A stretch of DNA of 64,000 bases, taken from contig OZ250169.1 in assembly GCA_965237955.1 (NCBI GenBank), positions 2,816,001 to 2,880,000 of the forward strand, in the 5' to 3' direction. The notes under the pieces are model-generated. The model searched no databases and was not told the DNA's origin. It was given only the letters and a program-made list of their open reading frames with translations. Positions 44,560-56,916 of this stretch are shown here, piece by piece (position 1 is the stretch's first letter; every line of letters begins with the position of its first letter). This stretch comes from Candidatus Marinacidobacterales bacterium. Lineage in GTDB: Bacteria > Acidobacteriota > Vicinamibacteria > Marinacidobacterales > SMYC01. Made by a program: the position numbers and the translations under genes.

Positions 44560-44770
44560 ATCGCGTCGTGACGAGTGGGTCAGACTGCAAACGTATCTTC
44601 GGCCTCAGTGAGGAGCGTCTTGGGTGCTCCGGGCCATGATGGAAAATCCGCGCGCGAGGAGCCAATCACTTTGAACGACCTCTTAGGGCCAGTGTTGCTA
44701 TCGGCTTGACCCCGCGCCGGTCCGACCGGTACGCCATCAGTTGGATGGGTATCGTCGCAGCCTCTTTTGG
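44560..44770 (-). ncRNA. Predicted bridge RNA / seekRNA of the IS1111-type element (boundaries approximate)
   Basis: The minus strand carries TAGCAACA...TCAAAGTG inside a GCCGAT/ATTGGC stem (target loop) and TTCCATCA...AGATACG (donor loop). These match target TAGCAA-CA-CTTGA and junction TTCCAT-CA-TATCT. Confidence 0.75.
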
Positions 44771-44808
44771 AAGGGAAAAAGGAAAACACGAAAGTGGAGC
44801 CTCTAAGT

Positions 44809-45840
44809 CTAAGCGGCCATCGGCGACTGGAATTCACTCTCGCGGGTGGAGACGGCCCAGACGATCCGGGCGAGTTTGTTGGCGACAGCAATCACGGCCT
44901 TGTTGTGTCCCCGCGAGCGGTGGACCTTCCGAGCCCAGGCGCGGAGCTTGTCGGGCGGGCTCTTACTGACGTTCGCCGCGCGGAGCACGGCGCGCCCGCC
45001 CTGGGTGAGGAGCATACGGAGGTAGGAGTCGCCACGCTTGGTGATGCGTCCGAGGCGGCGAATGTCGCCACTGGAGTTTTCCTTGGGAACTAGGCCGAGG
45101 TAGCTCGAGAAGCGGCGCCCCGATGGGAAGCGGCGAAGATCGCCGACGAAGCCCACGATGGCGGTCGCGGTCAGAAGTCCGATGCCGGGAATGGCGAGAA
45201 GTCGTTGGACTTCAGGAAGCTGCTTGGTGAGCGCCTTGAGCTCGTGCTCGATGCCAGCGCACTTGTCCTTGAGTTCTCGAATCTCGGAGCAGGCATCACG
45301 GAGATGCGAACGGAGCACGTCGGGCAAATCAGAATCAGCGTCTTCGACGAGTTCGAAGAGGGCGGGCACGACGAAGTGAGCGCCCTTTGGGATGATGAAT
45401 CCGAGTTCGCGCAGGATCCCGCGTACGGCATTGATGCGTGCGGTCCGTGTGGAGAGCCATCCTGAGCGCAGGCGATGGAGCGCGGCGAGGCTGTGCTGGT
45501 GCACGGACTTAATGGGCACGGGAAGAATCTCCTCGTTCCTGTAGGCCTCGAGCAACGCTTTGGCGTCGGCGCGGTCGTTCTTGCTCCCGCGTCGATAGGG
45601 CCTCACGAGGTGAGGTGGGAGCAGGACGACGTCGTGTCCCAACCTTCGGAACGTCCTTGCCCAGAAGTGAGCAGAGCCGCAGGCTTCGAGAAGCACGGTG
45701 GCAGCGCTCTGTTTGGCAAAAAACGACACCAACTTGGGTCGACTCACACGGAGTTGCTTGGACACCTTCCCCGCTTCTCCCGAGATGGCAATCTCGAAGA
45801 CGTTCTTTGCAAGATCCACAGCGATCGTCGTATCTTTCAT
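44809..45840 (-). CDS. IS110-family (IS1111 type) recombinase/transposase
   Basis: AVDLAKNVF, LEACGSAHFW, KNDRADA (DEDD RuvC domain); IPGIG..TA, YLGLVP...SSG, GRITKRG..YLR; SD AGGAGG. Confidence 0.95.
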   Translation of the reverse strand: MKDTTIAVDLAKNVFEIAISGEAGKVSKQLRVSRPKLVSFFAKQSAATVLLEACGSAHFWARTFRRLGHDVVLLPPHLVRPYRRGSKNDRADAKALLEAYRNEEILPVPIKSVHQHSLAALHRLRSGWLSTRTARINAVRGILRELGFIIPKGAHFVVPALFELVEDADSDLPDVLRSHLRDACSEIRELKDKCAGIEHELKALTKQLPEVQRLLAIPGIGLLTATAIVGFVGDLRRFPSGRRFSSYLGLVPKENSSGDIRRLGRITKRGDSYLRMLLTQGGRAVLRAANVSKSPPDKLRAWARKVHRSRGHNKAVIAVANKLARIVWAVSTRESEFQSPMAA

Positions 45841-45921
45841 TCGGACTCCTCCTTTTCGATGCGTATTCGACTGACTTTGGCACATCGATGCCGTCTATGT
45901 CAGCGGAGGAGTCCATTCCAT

Positions 45922-46390
45922 CACTTGATGGCGGAAGCACCGAATAGAGTCCATGCCGACGGCAAGAACCAGCGAGAGCCACCCACTTGATGGCGGAAGC
46001 ACCGAATAGAGTCCATGCCGACGGCAAGAACCACTTGATGGCGGAAGCACCGAATAGAGTCCATGCCGACGGCAAGAACCACTTGATGGCGGAAGCACCG
46101 AATAGAGTCCATGCCGACGGCAAGAACCAGCGAGAGCCACCCCTTGATGGCGGAAGCACCGAATAGAGTCCATGCCGACGGCAAGAACCAGCGAGAGCCA
46201 CCCCTTGATGGCGGAAGCACCGAATAGAGTCCATGCCGACGGCAAGAACCAGCGAGAGCCACCCACTTGATGGCGGAAGCACCGAATAGAGTCCATGCCG
46301 ACGGCAAGAACCAGCGAGAGCCACCCCTTGATGGCGGAAGCACCGAATAGAGTCCATGCCGACGGCAAGAACCAGCGAGAGCCACCCACT
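45922..46390. repeat. Tandem array of 8 units (62,48,48,61,61,62,61,62 bp), no spacers
   Basis: Unit CTTGATGGCGGAAGCACCGAATAGAGTCCATGCCGACGGCAAGAACCA[GCGAGAGCCACCC(A)] starts at 45924, 45986, 46034, 46082, 46143, 46204, 46266 and 46327. Confidence 0.95.
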
Positions 46391-47702
46391 GGGGAGCGAC
46401 TGCGGTGGTCAGCCTGATCATCCACGAAGAAATCGCCTATCTAAAGGTGCACGATCTCCCGAGGGCGGTTCGAGACCGGCACATGGAGTGGTGGCATGCC
46501 CCGATTCCCGACGGAGAGGCACCGGAACAGGACTTCGAGCACGCCTGGAAGGCCACCGGCGAGTCCATCCGGAACCGGCTGCGGCTCGGCTTCGACGTGC
46601 TGCTCCACTGCCGGGGTGGTCTGGGACGCGCCGGGACCATCACAGCCCGCCTGCTGGTGGAGTTGGGCGTGCAACCGGACGATGCGATCCGCCGCGTGCG
46701 CGACGCCCGCGAATGGACCATCGAGAACGGCTCCCAGCTGGCTCACGTGAGGCAGTGTTCGGCACAAGCACCATCGGTTCCATCCCGGAGACCGCGGACG
46801 ACATCCACGACCGGGCGCTCGGGGCCTTCCTCGGTCTGGCGGTGGGCGACGCGGTCGGCACGACGCTCGAATTCTGCTCCCGCGATACGCAGCCGCGTCT
46901 AGAAGACATGGTCGGTGGCGGCCCGTTCGATCTGCCGGCCGGCGCTTGGACCGACGACACGGCCATGGCGCTGGCCCTTGCCGACAGCCTGGCGGAATCC
47001 AAGACGCTCGACTGCCGGGACCTGATGGACCGTTTCGTGAAGTGGTGGCGAGACGGAGACTACTCGTGGAGCGGAGACTGCTTCGACATCGGAAACACGA
47101 CCTGCCAAGCGCTCACCCGGTACCTACGGACGGGTGACCCGGTCGCGGGTTCGACCGATCCCTTGAGCGCAGGCAACGGCTCGCTGATGCGGCTCGCCCC
47201 CGTTGCGCTCCGGTTCAGGCACGACCGGCCGCGCCTGATCGCAGCAGCCGCCGACCAGTCCCGGACGACCCACGGAGCCGAGGAAGCAGTGGACGCCTGC
47301 CGGGCGTTCGGCGAGCTCCTAGCGGACGCCATCGCCGGGTCACCGTTCTCGGACGTTCTGGCTCCGAGACGGTTCACGGGAGCGGCGGCAATCACTCAGG
47401 TCATAGCCGGCAGCTGGCGAGGACGGACACGGGATACGATCCGCTCCAGCGGGTACGTCGTTCACACGCTCGAAGCCGCCATCTGGTCAGTCGCCCGCAC
47501 CGGAGACTTCCGCAGCGCGGTGCTGCTCGCGGCCAACCTGGCCGACGACGCCGATACGGTAGCAGCAGTGACGGGGCAGCTCGCCGGCGCCCTCTACGGC
47601 CTGAACGCCATCCCCGACCACTGGCGGGAACGCGTTGCCTGGAAGGATCGACTCCTGGCAGCGGCGCGGCGGTTGCTGTCGGAACCCCTTGCCGACCGGT
47701 AG
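46390..47702 (+). pseudogene. CX5R phosphatase (CDKN3-like) + ADP-ribosylglycohydrolase; 5'-truncated, frame change between domains
   Basis: WGATAVVSLI...LLHCRGGLGRAG; then GLAVGDA.G, WTDDT.M, CFDIGNT, GNGSLMR and DADT.AAVTGQLAGA in another frame from about 46780. Confidence 0.85.
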
Positions 47703-47809
47703 AAGTTGGGTGGGTAGCCGAAGCACGGCTCTTGACCCGGTCGCAAACACAGACACTAAGCTGCTGATATTATGGTCTGTTTCAAAAGGCCGAGTTTTGG
47801 CACAGGACG

Positions 47810-48270
47810 GGGACGGGATGCTGCGCGCCCGCGCGCCGGCCGACCAGGTCCGTCTCGAACGGCTGGTGGGCGACGCGCTGCCGGCCGCTGGCGCGGTCGC
47901 GGTCAGTGGGTCGATCGTGCTCCGCCGCTCGGCCGTGGTGCCGCCGTTCGTGGTGCACGTCAAGCCGGTGGGCGTCCCGCACCCGGACCACGGTGCGCGG
48001 CACGTGGCCGCGCTCGTGCTGATTGTCGAGCCGGGGCGCCAGCATCGCATCAATCCCGACCTGGTGGCCACGACCCTGGACCTGACGCCGGCGGAGACGC
48101 AGGTGGCGGTCTGGTTGGCGGAAGGCAAAAGCGTGCGCGACATGGCCGAGGCGACGGGGCATACGGACGCCGCCATCTACTGGCACCTGCAGCGGATCTA
48201 CCAGAAGCACTCCCTCTCGCGGCAGGCGGACCTGGTGCGGTTGGTGCTGTCGCTCGCCGAGATCGGATGA
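47810..48270 (+). pseudogene. LuxR-type HTH regulator, 5'-truncated duplicate
   Basis: Matches 58710-59170; begins exactly at a type A end. Confidence 0.9.
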
Positions 48271-48918
48271 GGGCGGCGCGGGCGTGATCCGCGCGGGTGC
48301 GGTAGACGTTGACGGCCTCGACGCCCTCGGCCTGCCGCGCGTCGCGCTGCGCGTGGCCCGGCCAACCGGCGGCAGGCGCCCGGCCCGAGTGCGGCACACC
48401 CTTGAATCACACGGCGCGCGCGCGCCCACCGGTGCCGGGTGCGCGGTCGGCCAGCTCGGCCCCGTGGCGGCACTGGTCGGCGTGTGTGGCGGCATGGGTC
48501 GCCACCGTGTCCCATGCCTCGGCCGCGGGCGCGGTTCGCGGTCGCGGCGTCGGTCGCGGCGTCAGCGACCTGGGCGGCGCGCGCGTGGTGCGCCGCGGCG
48601 GTGCGTGCCTCGTCCGCTTTCACGGCGCGGGCGCGCATCAGGTCGAGCGCCTTGCTCGCCTTGGTGCTCAGCGCGCTGGCGGTGGTGATTGTCTTCGGCA
48701 TCGGCTGTGGTGTCCTTTCTGCGCGGGGGCTCGTCGGGGATTCCGTCCTGGCCGCCGATGAGGTCGATGAGCGCGGTCCTGTGCCGGCGTCGCCGGTCCT
48801 TGATGGCGATCAGGTGCTGCTCCCGCTGGTCCATCCGCGCGGGGAGTGCCTCCATCCGCGCGATCGCCCGATCGAACAAAGGGAGCGCCGTCGTCAGCTC
48901 GGGCGATGGCGTCGTCGT

Positions 48919-50348
48919 CGTCCTGTGCCAAAACTCGGCCCTCTTGAAATAGACCACAAATCAGCAGCTTAGTGTCTGTGTTTGCGACCGGACCAAGGGC
49001 CGTAGGCTTTACAATCGTCTGGCCCGAGGGTGTTATCTTCAGATCCATGATGACGTACCACGTGCAATTCCTACTGCTCGTTCTAGCTGGCTGGGTCAAC
49101 CGCCAGCAGCAGGATGTGATCGACTACCAGCAAGAGGAGAACCGTGTGCTCCGAGCCGGGCTTCGGGGCAAGCGTCTCAGTCTCTCGGACGACGACCGGC
49201 GCAGGCTCGCGGTCAAGGCCCAGGCTTTGGGCCGCGAGGCGCTGGCCCAGATTGCGTCCGTTGCCACACCCGCTACGCTTCTGCGTTGGTACCGCTGCCT
49301 CATCGCAGCCAAGTACGATGGCAGCAAGAACCGGAGCCCAGGCCGACCTCCGACGGCGAAGGACATCCGTGAGCTCATTGTGCGCGTGGCGCGGGAGAAC
49401 CCGACGTGGGGATATACGCGCCTGCGAGGCGCACTCAAGAACCTAGGACATGAACTCGGACGCAACACTATCAAGAGGATCCTCGCCGAGCACGGTATCG
49501 CTCCTGCGCCGGAGCGGGGCAAGAGCATGTCGTGGAGCACCTTCATCAAGGCTCATTGGGGCGCCATCGCTGCGACAGACCTGTTCACCGTCGAGGTTGT
49601 GAACCCGTTCGGGCTCGTCCGCTACCATGTCCTGTTTGTCATCGATATCGCCACTCGCTGCGTGTGCATCGGTGGGATAACGTCGGACACCCCAACGGGG
49701 AGTGGATGAAGCAGGTGGCAAGAAACCTCACTGACATGTGGGATGGTTTCCTCCTTGGCAAGCGATACCTCATCCACGACCGGGACCCGCTATTCACCGA
49801 GGCGGTACGTGGGCTGTTGAGAGATTCAGGCGTGAAGCCCCTTCGCCTTCCCGCTAATAGTCCGAATCTGAACGCATATGCGGAAAGATTCGTTCTCTCC
49901 ATACGTCGAGAGTGTCTCGACCGCTTCGTACCTCTCAGTGAGCGACACCTGCGCACAGCGGTAACCGAATACGTAGTGCACTATCACACAGAACGGAACC
50001 ACCAAGGTCTCGGCAACGAGCTCCTCACACCTCTGCCGGCAAGCGCGAATGACGCTGGCCCCATCGTGTCGCGAGAGCGACTTGGGGGCATTCTCAACTA
50101 CTACTGCCGTGCCGCGTAGATTGTCGCCGGCGACGGTAGCCCCTCGGCGGGCTCGACCGGCGTAGCGTGGAAACAGCTTCAGGAACATGCTTCGATATTC
50201 GCTCTCGACTAGGTGGTCATCTGCATGGTGACGACCCGCCCGCCCAAGACGATTGTAAAGCCCACGGCCCTTGGCCCGGTCGCAAACACAGACACTAAGT
50301 TGCTGATTTATGGCCTATTTCAAAAGGGCCGAGTTTTGGCACAGGACG
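48919..50348 (+). mobile_element. Full-length type A integrase-core (rve/DDE; IS481-like) element, 1430 bp
   Basis: About 100-bp imperfect terminal inverted repeats starting CGTCCTGTGCCAAAACTCGGCCC, enclosing one transposase gene; no target-site duplication. Confidence 0.88.
49047..50119 (+). pseudogene. Type A integrase-core transposase, frameshift near 49690
   Basis: ENPTWGY.R..G.L..LG, W.TF...H, TDLFTV (D), HDRD (D), NAYAERF (E), ERNHQG, RLGG.L.YY. Confidence 0.88.
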
Positions 50349-50646
50349 GGGTATTGAGCCGTCCGTCGGCAGCCGAGGCGACTCTTACGATAACGCTTTG
50401 GCTGAATCCATCATCGGCCTCTACAAGACCGAGGTGATCCGTCGACGCGGGCCCTGGCGTGGTCCTGAGGACGTCGAGTTCGCCACCCTCAAGTAGGTGC
50501 ATTGGTACAACACGCAACGACTCTTGGAGCCGATCGGAAATGTCTCTCCGGTCGAGTACGAGATGAACTACTATCGGTCGCAGGAAGGCTCGCTAGAGAT
50601 GGCGAGACTCAACTAAAACAGTCTCCGGAAAACCCGGGGCGGTTCA
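50349..50646 (+). mobile_element. IS3-family 3' remnant
   Basis: SVG..GDSYDNALAES.IGLYK.EVI; internal stop; right end ...GGCGGTTCA. Confidence 0.82.
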
Positions 50647-50967
50647 GAACACCCTCGGGATCGTAAAGTGGCTGCATTTGTCTCTCCTCTCCTCGCTGTC
50701 TGTTTAGAGATTACGCTAGCCTGCAATCCAGGAGAAATCAACCCGGTCATTCAAGTGCTGCGAACCAAGCGTAGACACGTCTATTCTGAAACGTCCCGGC
50801 AAGCCGGTCTTGAGTTCGTTTGTATTTTTGGACACGCCGCGATCGGCGCAGGCTTGTCTCGCTCTCAGCCAAGAGCGGTACAACGACACCACTAAAATTG
50901 GTACACTTTTAGAAGTTCCCATGACCATTAGTACAGCAGTCAATTCAGCGAAAGGGAGCTTTTTCAC

Positions 50968-53766
<2,799 letters not shown>

Positions 53767-54127
53767 CTGCCATCAGGGCCGCTTCTTTCACTGTCCCTGC
53801 GGATACAGAGCCGGGCAAAGGTTCCCGCCTAATCGACTTCTAGGCACCAGCCCTGAGCTAGTCTCGTGGGGGCTTCCTGGTCGTGCGACGGGCAGAATGA
53901 GAGGGGCGTTGCGCGTCGCGTCCTGCGCCAAAACTCGGCCTTTTTGAAATAGACCATAGATCAGCAGCTTAGTGTGTCTGTGTTTGCGACCGGGCCAAGG
54001 GCCGTAGGCTTTACAATCGCGTCGTGTCCGAAAATGCGTACGGAGCCGAAAGCTCGAATCCTGGAGGCGTTCTCGAGATTCACGGAGACCAGCCGACGCG
54101 GCACTGGCTCTGCGATAGGCGCTCCCG

Positions 54128-54550
54128 CTTCCTGTGCCAAAACTCGGCCCTTTTGAAATAGGCCATAAATCAGCAGCTTAGTGTCTGTGTTTGCGACCGG
54201 ACCAAGGGCCGTAGGCTTTACAATCGTCTGGCCCGAGGGTGTTATCTTCAGCTCCATGATGACGTACCACATGCAATTCCTACTGCTCGTTCTAGCTGGC
54301 TGGGTCAACCGCCAGCAGCAGGATGTGATCGACTACCAGCAAGAGGAGAACCGTGTGCTCCGAGCCGGGCTTCGGGGCAAACGTCTCAGGCTCTCGGACG
54401 ACGAGCGGCGCAGGCTCGCCGTCAAGGCCCAGGCTTTGGGCCGCGAGGCGCTGGCCCAGATTGCGTCCGTTGCCACACCCGCTACGCTTCTGCGTTGGTA
54501 CCGCTGCCTCATCGCAGCCAAGTACGATGGCAGCAAGAACCGGAGTCCAG
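54128..54550 (+). mobile_element. Type A left end and transposase N-terminal fragment
   Basis: Matches 48919-49340, then switches to type C sequence. Confidence 0.85.
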
Positions 54551-54821
54551 GCACCATACCTACATGATTTCGTCGTTTGTTCTTGCTCTCATCTCTGCCT
54601 TCAAGGCTCGTCGCGAGCTGGTGCCCGCGATGAATAAAATAGGGTTCTCCCGTCCTGTGCCAAAACTCGGCTCTTTTGAAATAGACCACAAATCAGCAGC
54701 TTAGACGCCCTTGGAATCCGCCGACCCTTGGGCTGCGGGGCGAGCTACGGGCAGTGAACTGCGCACCCGGAAGTCCCTCATTAGACTGGACTTTATCGAG
54801 CACAAGAGCGAACGTTCGGTG

Positions 54822-55253
54822 ATGCCGCAGGATACAGGGGTTGGCCGGAACGTCGTTTTGGACGGTTTGGACTTCGCCAGCTTACGGCGGGTCTGGGAGC
54901 AGACCTTTGGGGCTGCTCCTCCAAGCTCGCTCTCGCGTGTTTTCCTGCGCCGCGTTCTCTTGCACGAACGCCAGTGCCGGACCCATGGCGGGCTTTCGGC
55001 CGCAACCCGGCGCGCTCTGGCTGCCATGGCGAACGAGACACCAAGCTCCGGCGCTCTCGCAGGGTCCGTTTCTGCCGGCACCCATCTCGTCCGCGAGTGG
55101 AATGGCCGGACCTACCAGGTCGAGGTAATCGACAACGGCTATCGGTTCGATGGCAAAACCTATCCGTCCCTCACTACCATCGCAAAGCGAATCACCAGCA
55201 CCCACTGGTCTGGACCACGCTTTTTCGGTCTCACGCCCAAGCGCAAGGCCTAA
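54822..55253 (+). CDS. DUF2924-domain protein, second copy
   Basis: Near-identical to 9216-9647. Confidence 0.88.
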   Translation: MPQDTGVGRNVVLDGLDFASLRRVWEQTFGAAPPSSLSRVFLRRVLLHERQCRTHGGLSAATRRALAAMANETPSSGALAGSVSAGTHLVREWNGRTYQVEVIDNGYRFDGKTYPSLTTIAKRITSTHWSGPRFFGLTPKRKA

Positions 55254-55254
55254 C

Positions 55255-56916
55255 ATGAAGAAGATCCGCTGTGCCATCTATACGCGAAAGAGTGCGGAAG
55301 AGGGTCTCGAACAGGAGTTCAACTCCCTCGATGCGCAGCGAGAAGCCTGCGCCGCGTATGTCGCGAGCCAGAAAGCGGAGGGCTGGGTGCTGCTGCCAAC
55401 CGTCTACGAGGACGCGGGGCTCTCGGGAGGAACCCTGGAGCGCCCGGGCCTGCAGCGCTTGCTCGCCGACATCGACGCAGGTCTCGTCGAGCAGATTGTG
55501 GTCTACAAGGTCGACCGGCTGACCCGTTCCCTCTCCGACTTTGCAAAGCTCGTCGAGCGGCTCGAGGCTGCCGGCGCGGTTTTCGTCTCGGTGACTCAGT
55601 CCTTCAACACCGCGACCAGCATGGGACGACTGACGCTGCATATGCTGCTGTCCTTCGCACAATTCGAACGCGAGGTCACGGCCGAGCGGATCCGCGATAA
55701 GGTCGCTGCCTCCAAGCGCAAGGGACTATGGATGGGCGGCCGCGTACCGCTCGGCTATGAGAAGGACGGGCGCACGCTGCGCATCAACGAGGCTGAGGCC
55801 GAAACGGTCCGGACGCTCTATGCGCTGTACCGAAAGCACGAAACGCTCCGGCAGGTGAAGGCCGAGGCGGACCGTCTGAGACTGCGTACCAAGCAACGCT
55901 TCACCGCGGATGGAACCCGAACGGGCGGGCTGCCGTTCCGTCGCGGACACCTCCACTGCCTGCTGACCAATCCTCTCTACGCCGGCCGCATCCGGCACCA
56001 GAGGCGTGTCTACGAGGGCCAGCATCCATCGATCATTGCTCCGGAGCTCTGGGACGCGGTCCAAACGCAGCTGCAGGCAGGGGCTGCCAAACCAAGGAGA
56101 CGCACGACGAAGGGCCGTGCAGCCCCCTCCCCACTGGCAGGCAAGCTCTTCGACGAGACCGGGGACCGGCTGACGCCGAGCCACACCAAAAAGAAAAACG
56201 GGCAACGGCTCCGCTACTACGTCTCCCGGCGCCTCATCCAGCACAGTGGCCAAAAGGACCTCTCCGGCTGGCGACTGCCCGCCCCGATGCTGGAACAGAC
56301 CGCCGTGCATCTCATCCGACAGCATGTGGATGCCACGACCTTCTCGGCCTCGTTGATCCACACTCCGACGATGCAAGAGCTCGCCTCGGTGCGTCGCTTT
56401 TTAGACGGGCTGTGTTCCGGCAGTAATGATGATAGTGCCTCGGCAGCCCCCCTGCTCCGTCTTATCCGGCGGGTCGACATCAGCCCTGGCTCTGTGTCCA
56501 TCCTGCTCGACCGCAATGCGTTCGCTGCTTGCCTCTCTATGGGACCTGACCGCATTCGCGAGGATGCACTCCGCATCCTCGCACCGTTCCGCTTGCGCCG
56601 ACGCGGCGTCGAGACCAAGCTCGTTCTGGGCAACCCCACGAAATCCGTCGACCGCACACTCCTGCGCAATATCAGAAACGCCCGCTCCTGGCTCGACCGA
56701 ATCAAAGCAGGCAAAACCTATGAGGAGATTGCCACCGAAGACGCCATCCCAACGGACCGCGTGCGCAAGGCAATCCGTTATGCCTTCCTGGCTCCTGACA
56801 TCGTCCGCGCCATTGTCGAAGGCCGCCAGCCCGTTGGGCTGACCTCGAGCTACCTCTTGCATCATCCGCTTCCCGACGATTGGGAGAAACAGCGAGTGCT
56901 CGTCAAAACGCTGTGA
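55255..56916 (+). CDS. Large serine recombinase, copy 3
   Basis: Intact RCAIYTRKS; near-identical to copies 1 and 2. Confidence 0.92.
   Translation: MKKIRCAIYTRKSAEEGLEQEFNSLDAQREACAAYVASQKAEGWVLLPTVYEDAGLSGGTLERPGLQRLLADIDAGLVEQIVVYKVDRLTRSLSDFAKLVERLEAAGAVFVSVTQSFNTATSMGRLTLHMLLSFAQFEREVTAERIRDKVAASKRKGLWMGGRVPLGYEKDGRTLRINEAEAETVRTLYALYRKHETLRQVKAEADRLRLRTKQRFTADGTRTGGLPFRRGHLHCLLTNPLYAGRIRHQRRVYEGQHPSIIAPELWDAVQTQLQAGAAKPRRRTTKGRAAPSPLAGKLFDETGDRLTPSHTKKKNGQRLRYYVSRRLIQHSGQKDLSGWRLPAPMLEQTAVHLIRQHVDATTFSASLIHTPTMQELASVRRFLDGLCSGSNDDSASAAPLLRLIRRVDISPGSVSILLDRNAFAACLSMGPDRIREDALRILAPFRLRRRGVETKLVLGNPTKSVDRTLLRNIRNARSWLDRIKAGKTYEEIATEDAIPTDRVRKAIRYAFLAPDIVRAIVEGRQPVGLTSSYLLHHPLPDDWEKQRVLVKTL

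Larger units (their letters stand above)
44499..45921 (-). mobile_element. IS110-family element, IS1111 type
   Basis: Sub-terminal inverted repeats TGGACTCCTC (44503-44512) and GAGGAGTCCA (45906-45915); CA core at both flanks (44497-8, 45922-3); TTGACT -35 at the downstream end; long downstream non-coding region. Confidence 0.9.

Noticed and set aside
45922-46390. CRISPR or TIGR array
   Set aside because: Units are identical apart from junction length, with no variable spacers. There are no cas genes, and the neighbouring protein is a complete IS110 with its own ends.
45509-46425. Repetitive ORFs across the array
   Set aside because: Open in several frames only because the unit lacks stops on that strand; frames shift with unit length.
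49680-49700. Programmed frameshift in the type A transposase
   Set aside because: No slippery A-run or heptamer seen, and the shift falls inside the catalytic core. More likely a mutation or sequencing indel.
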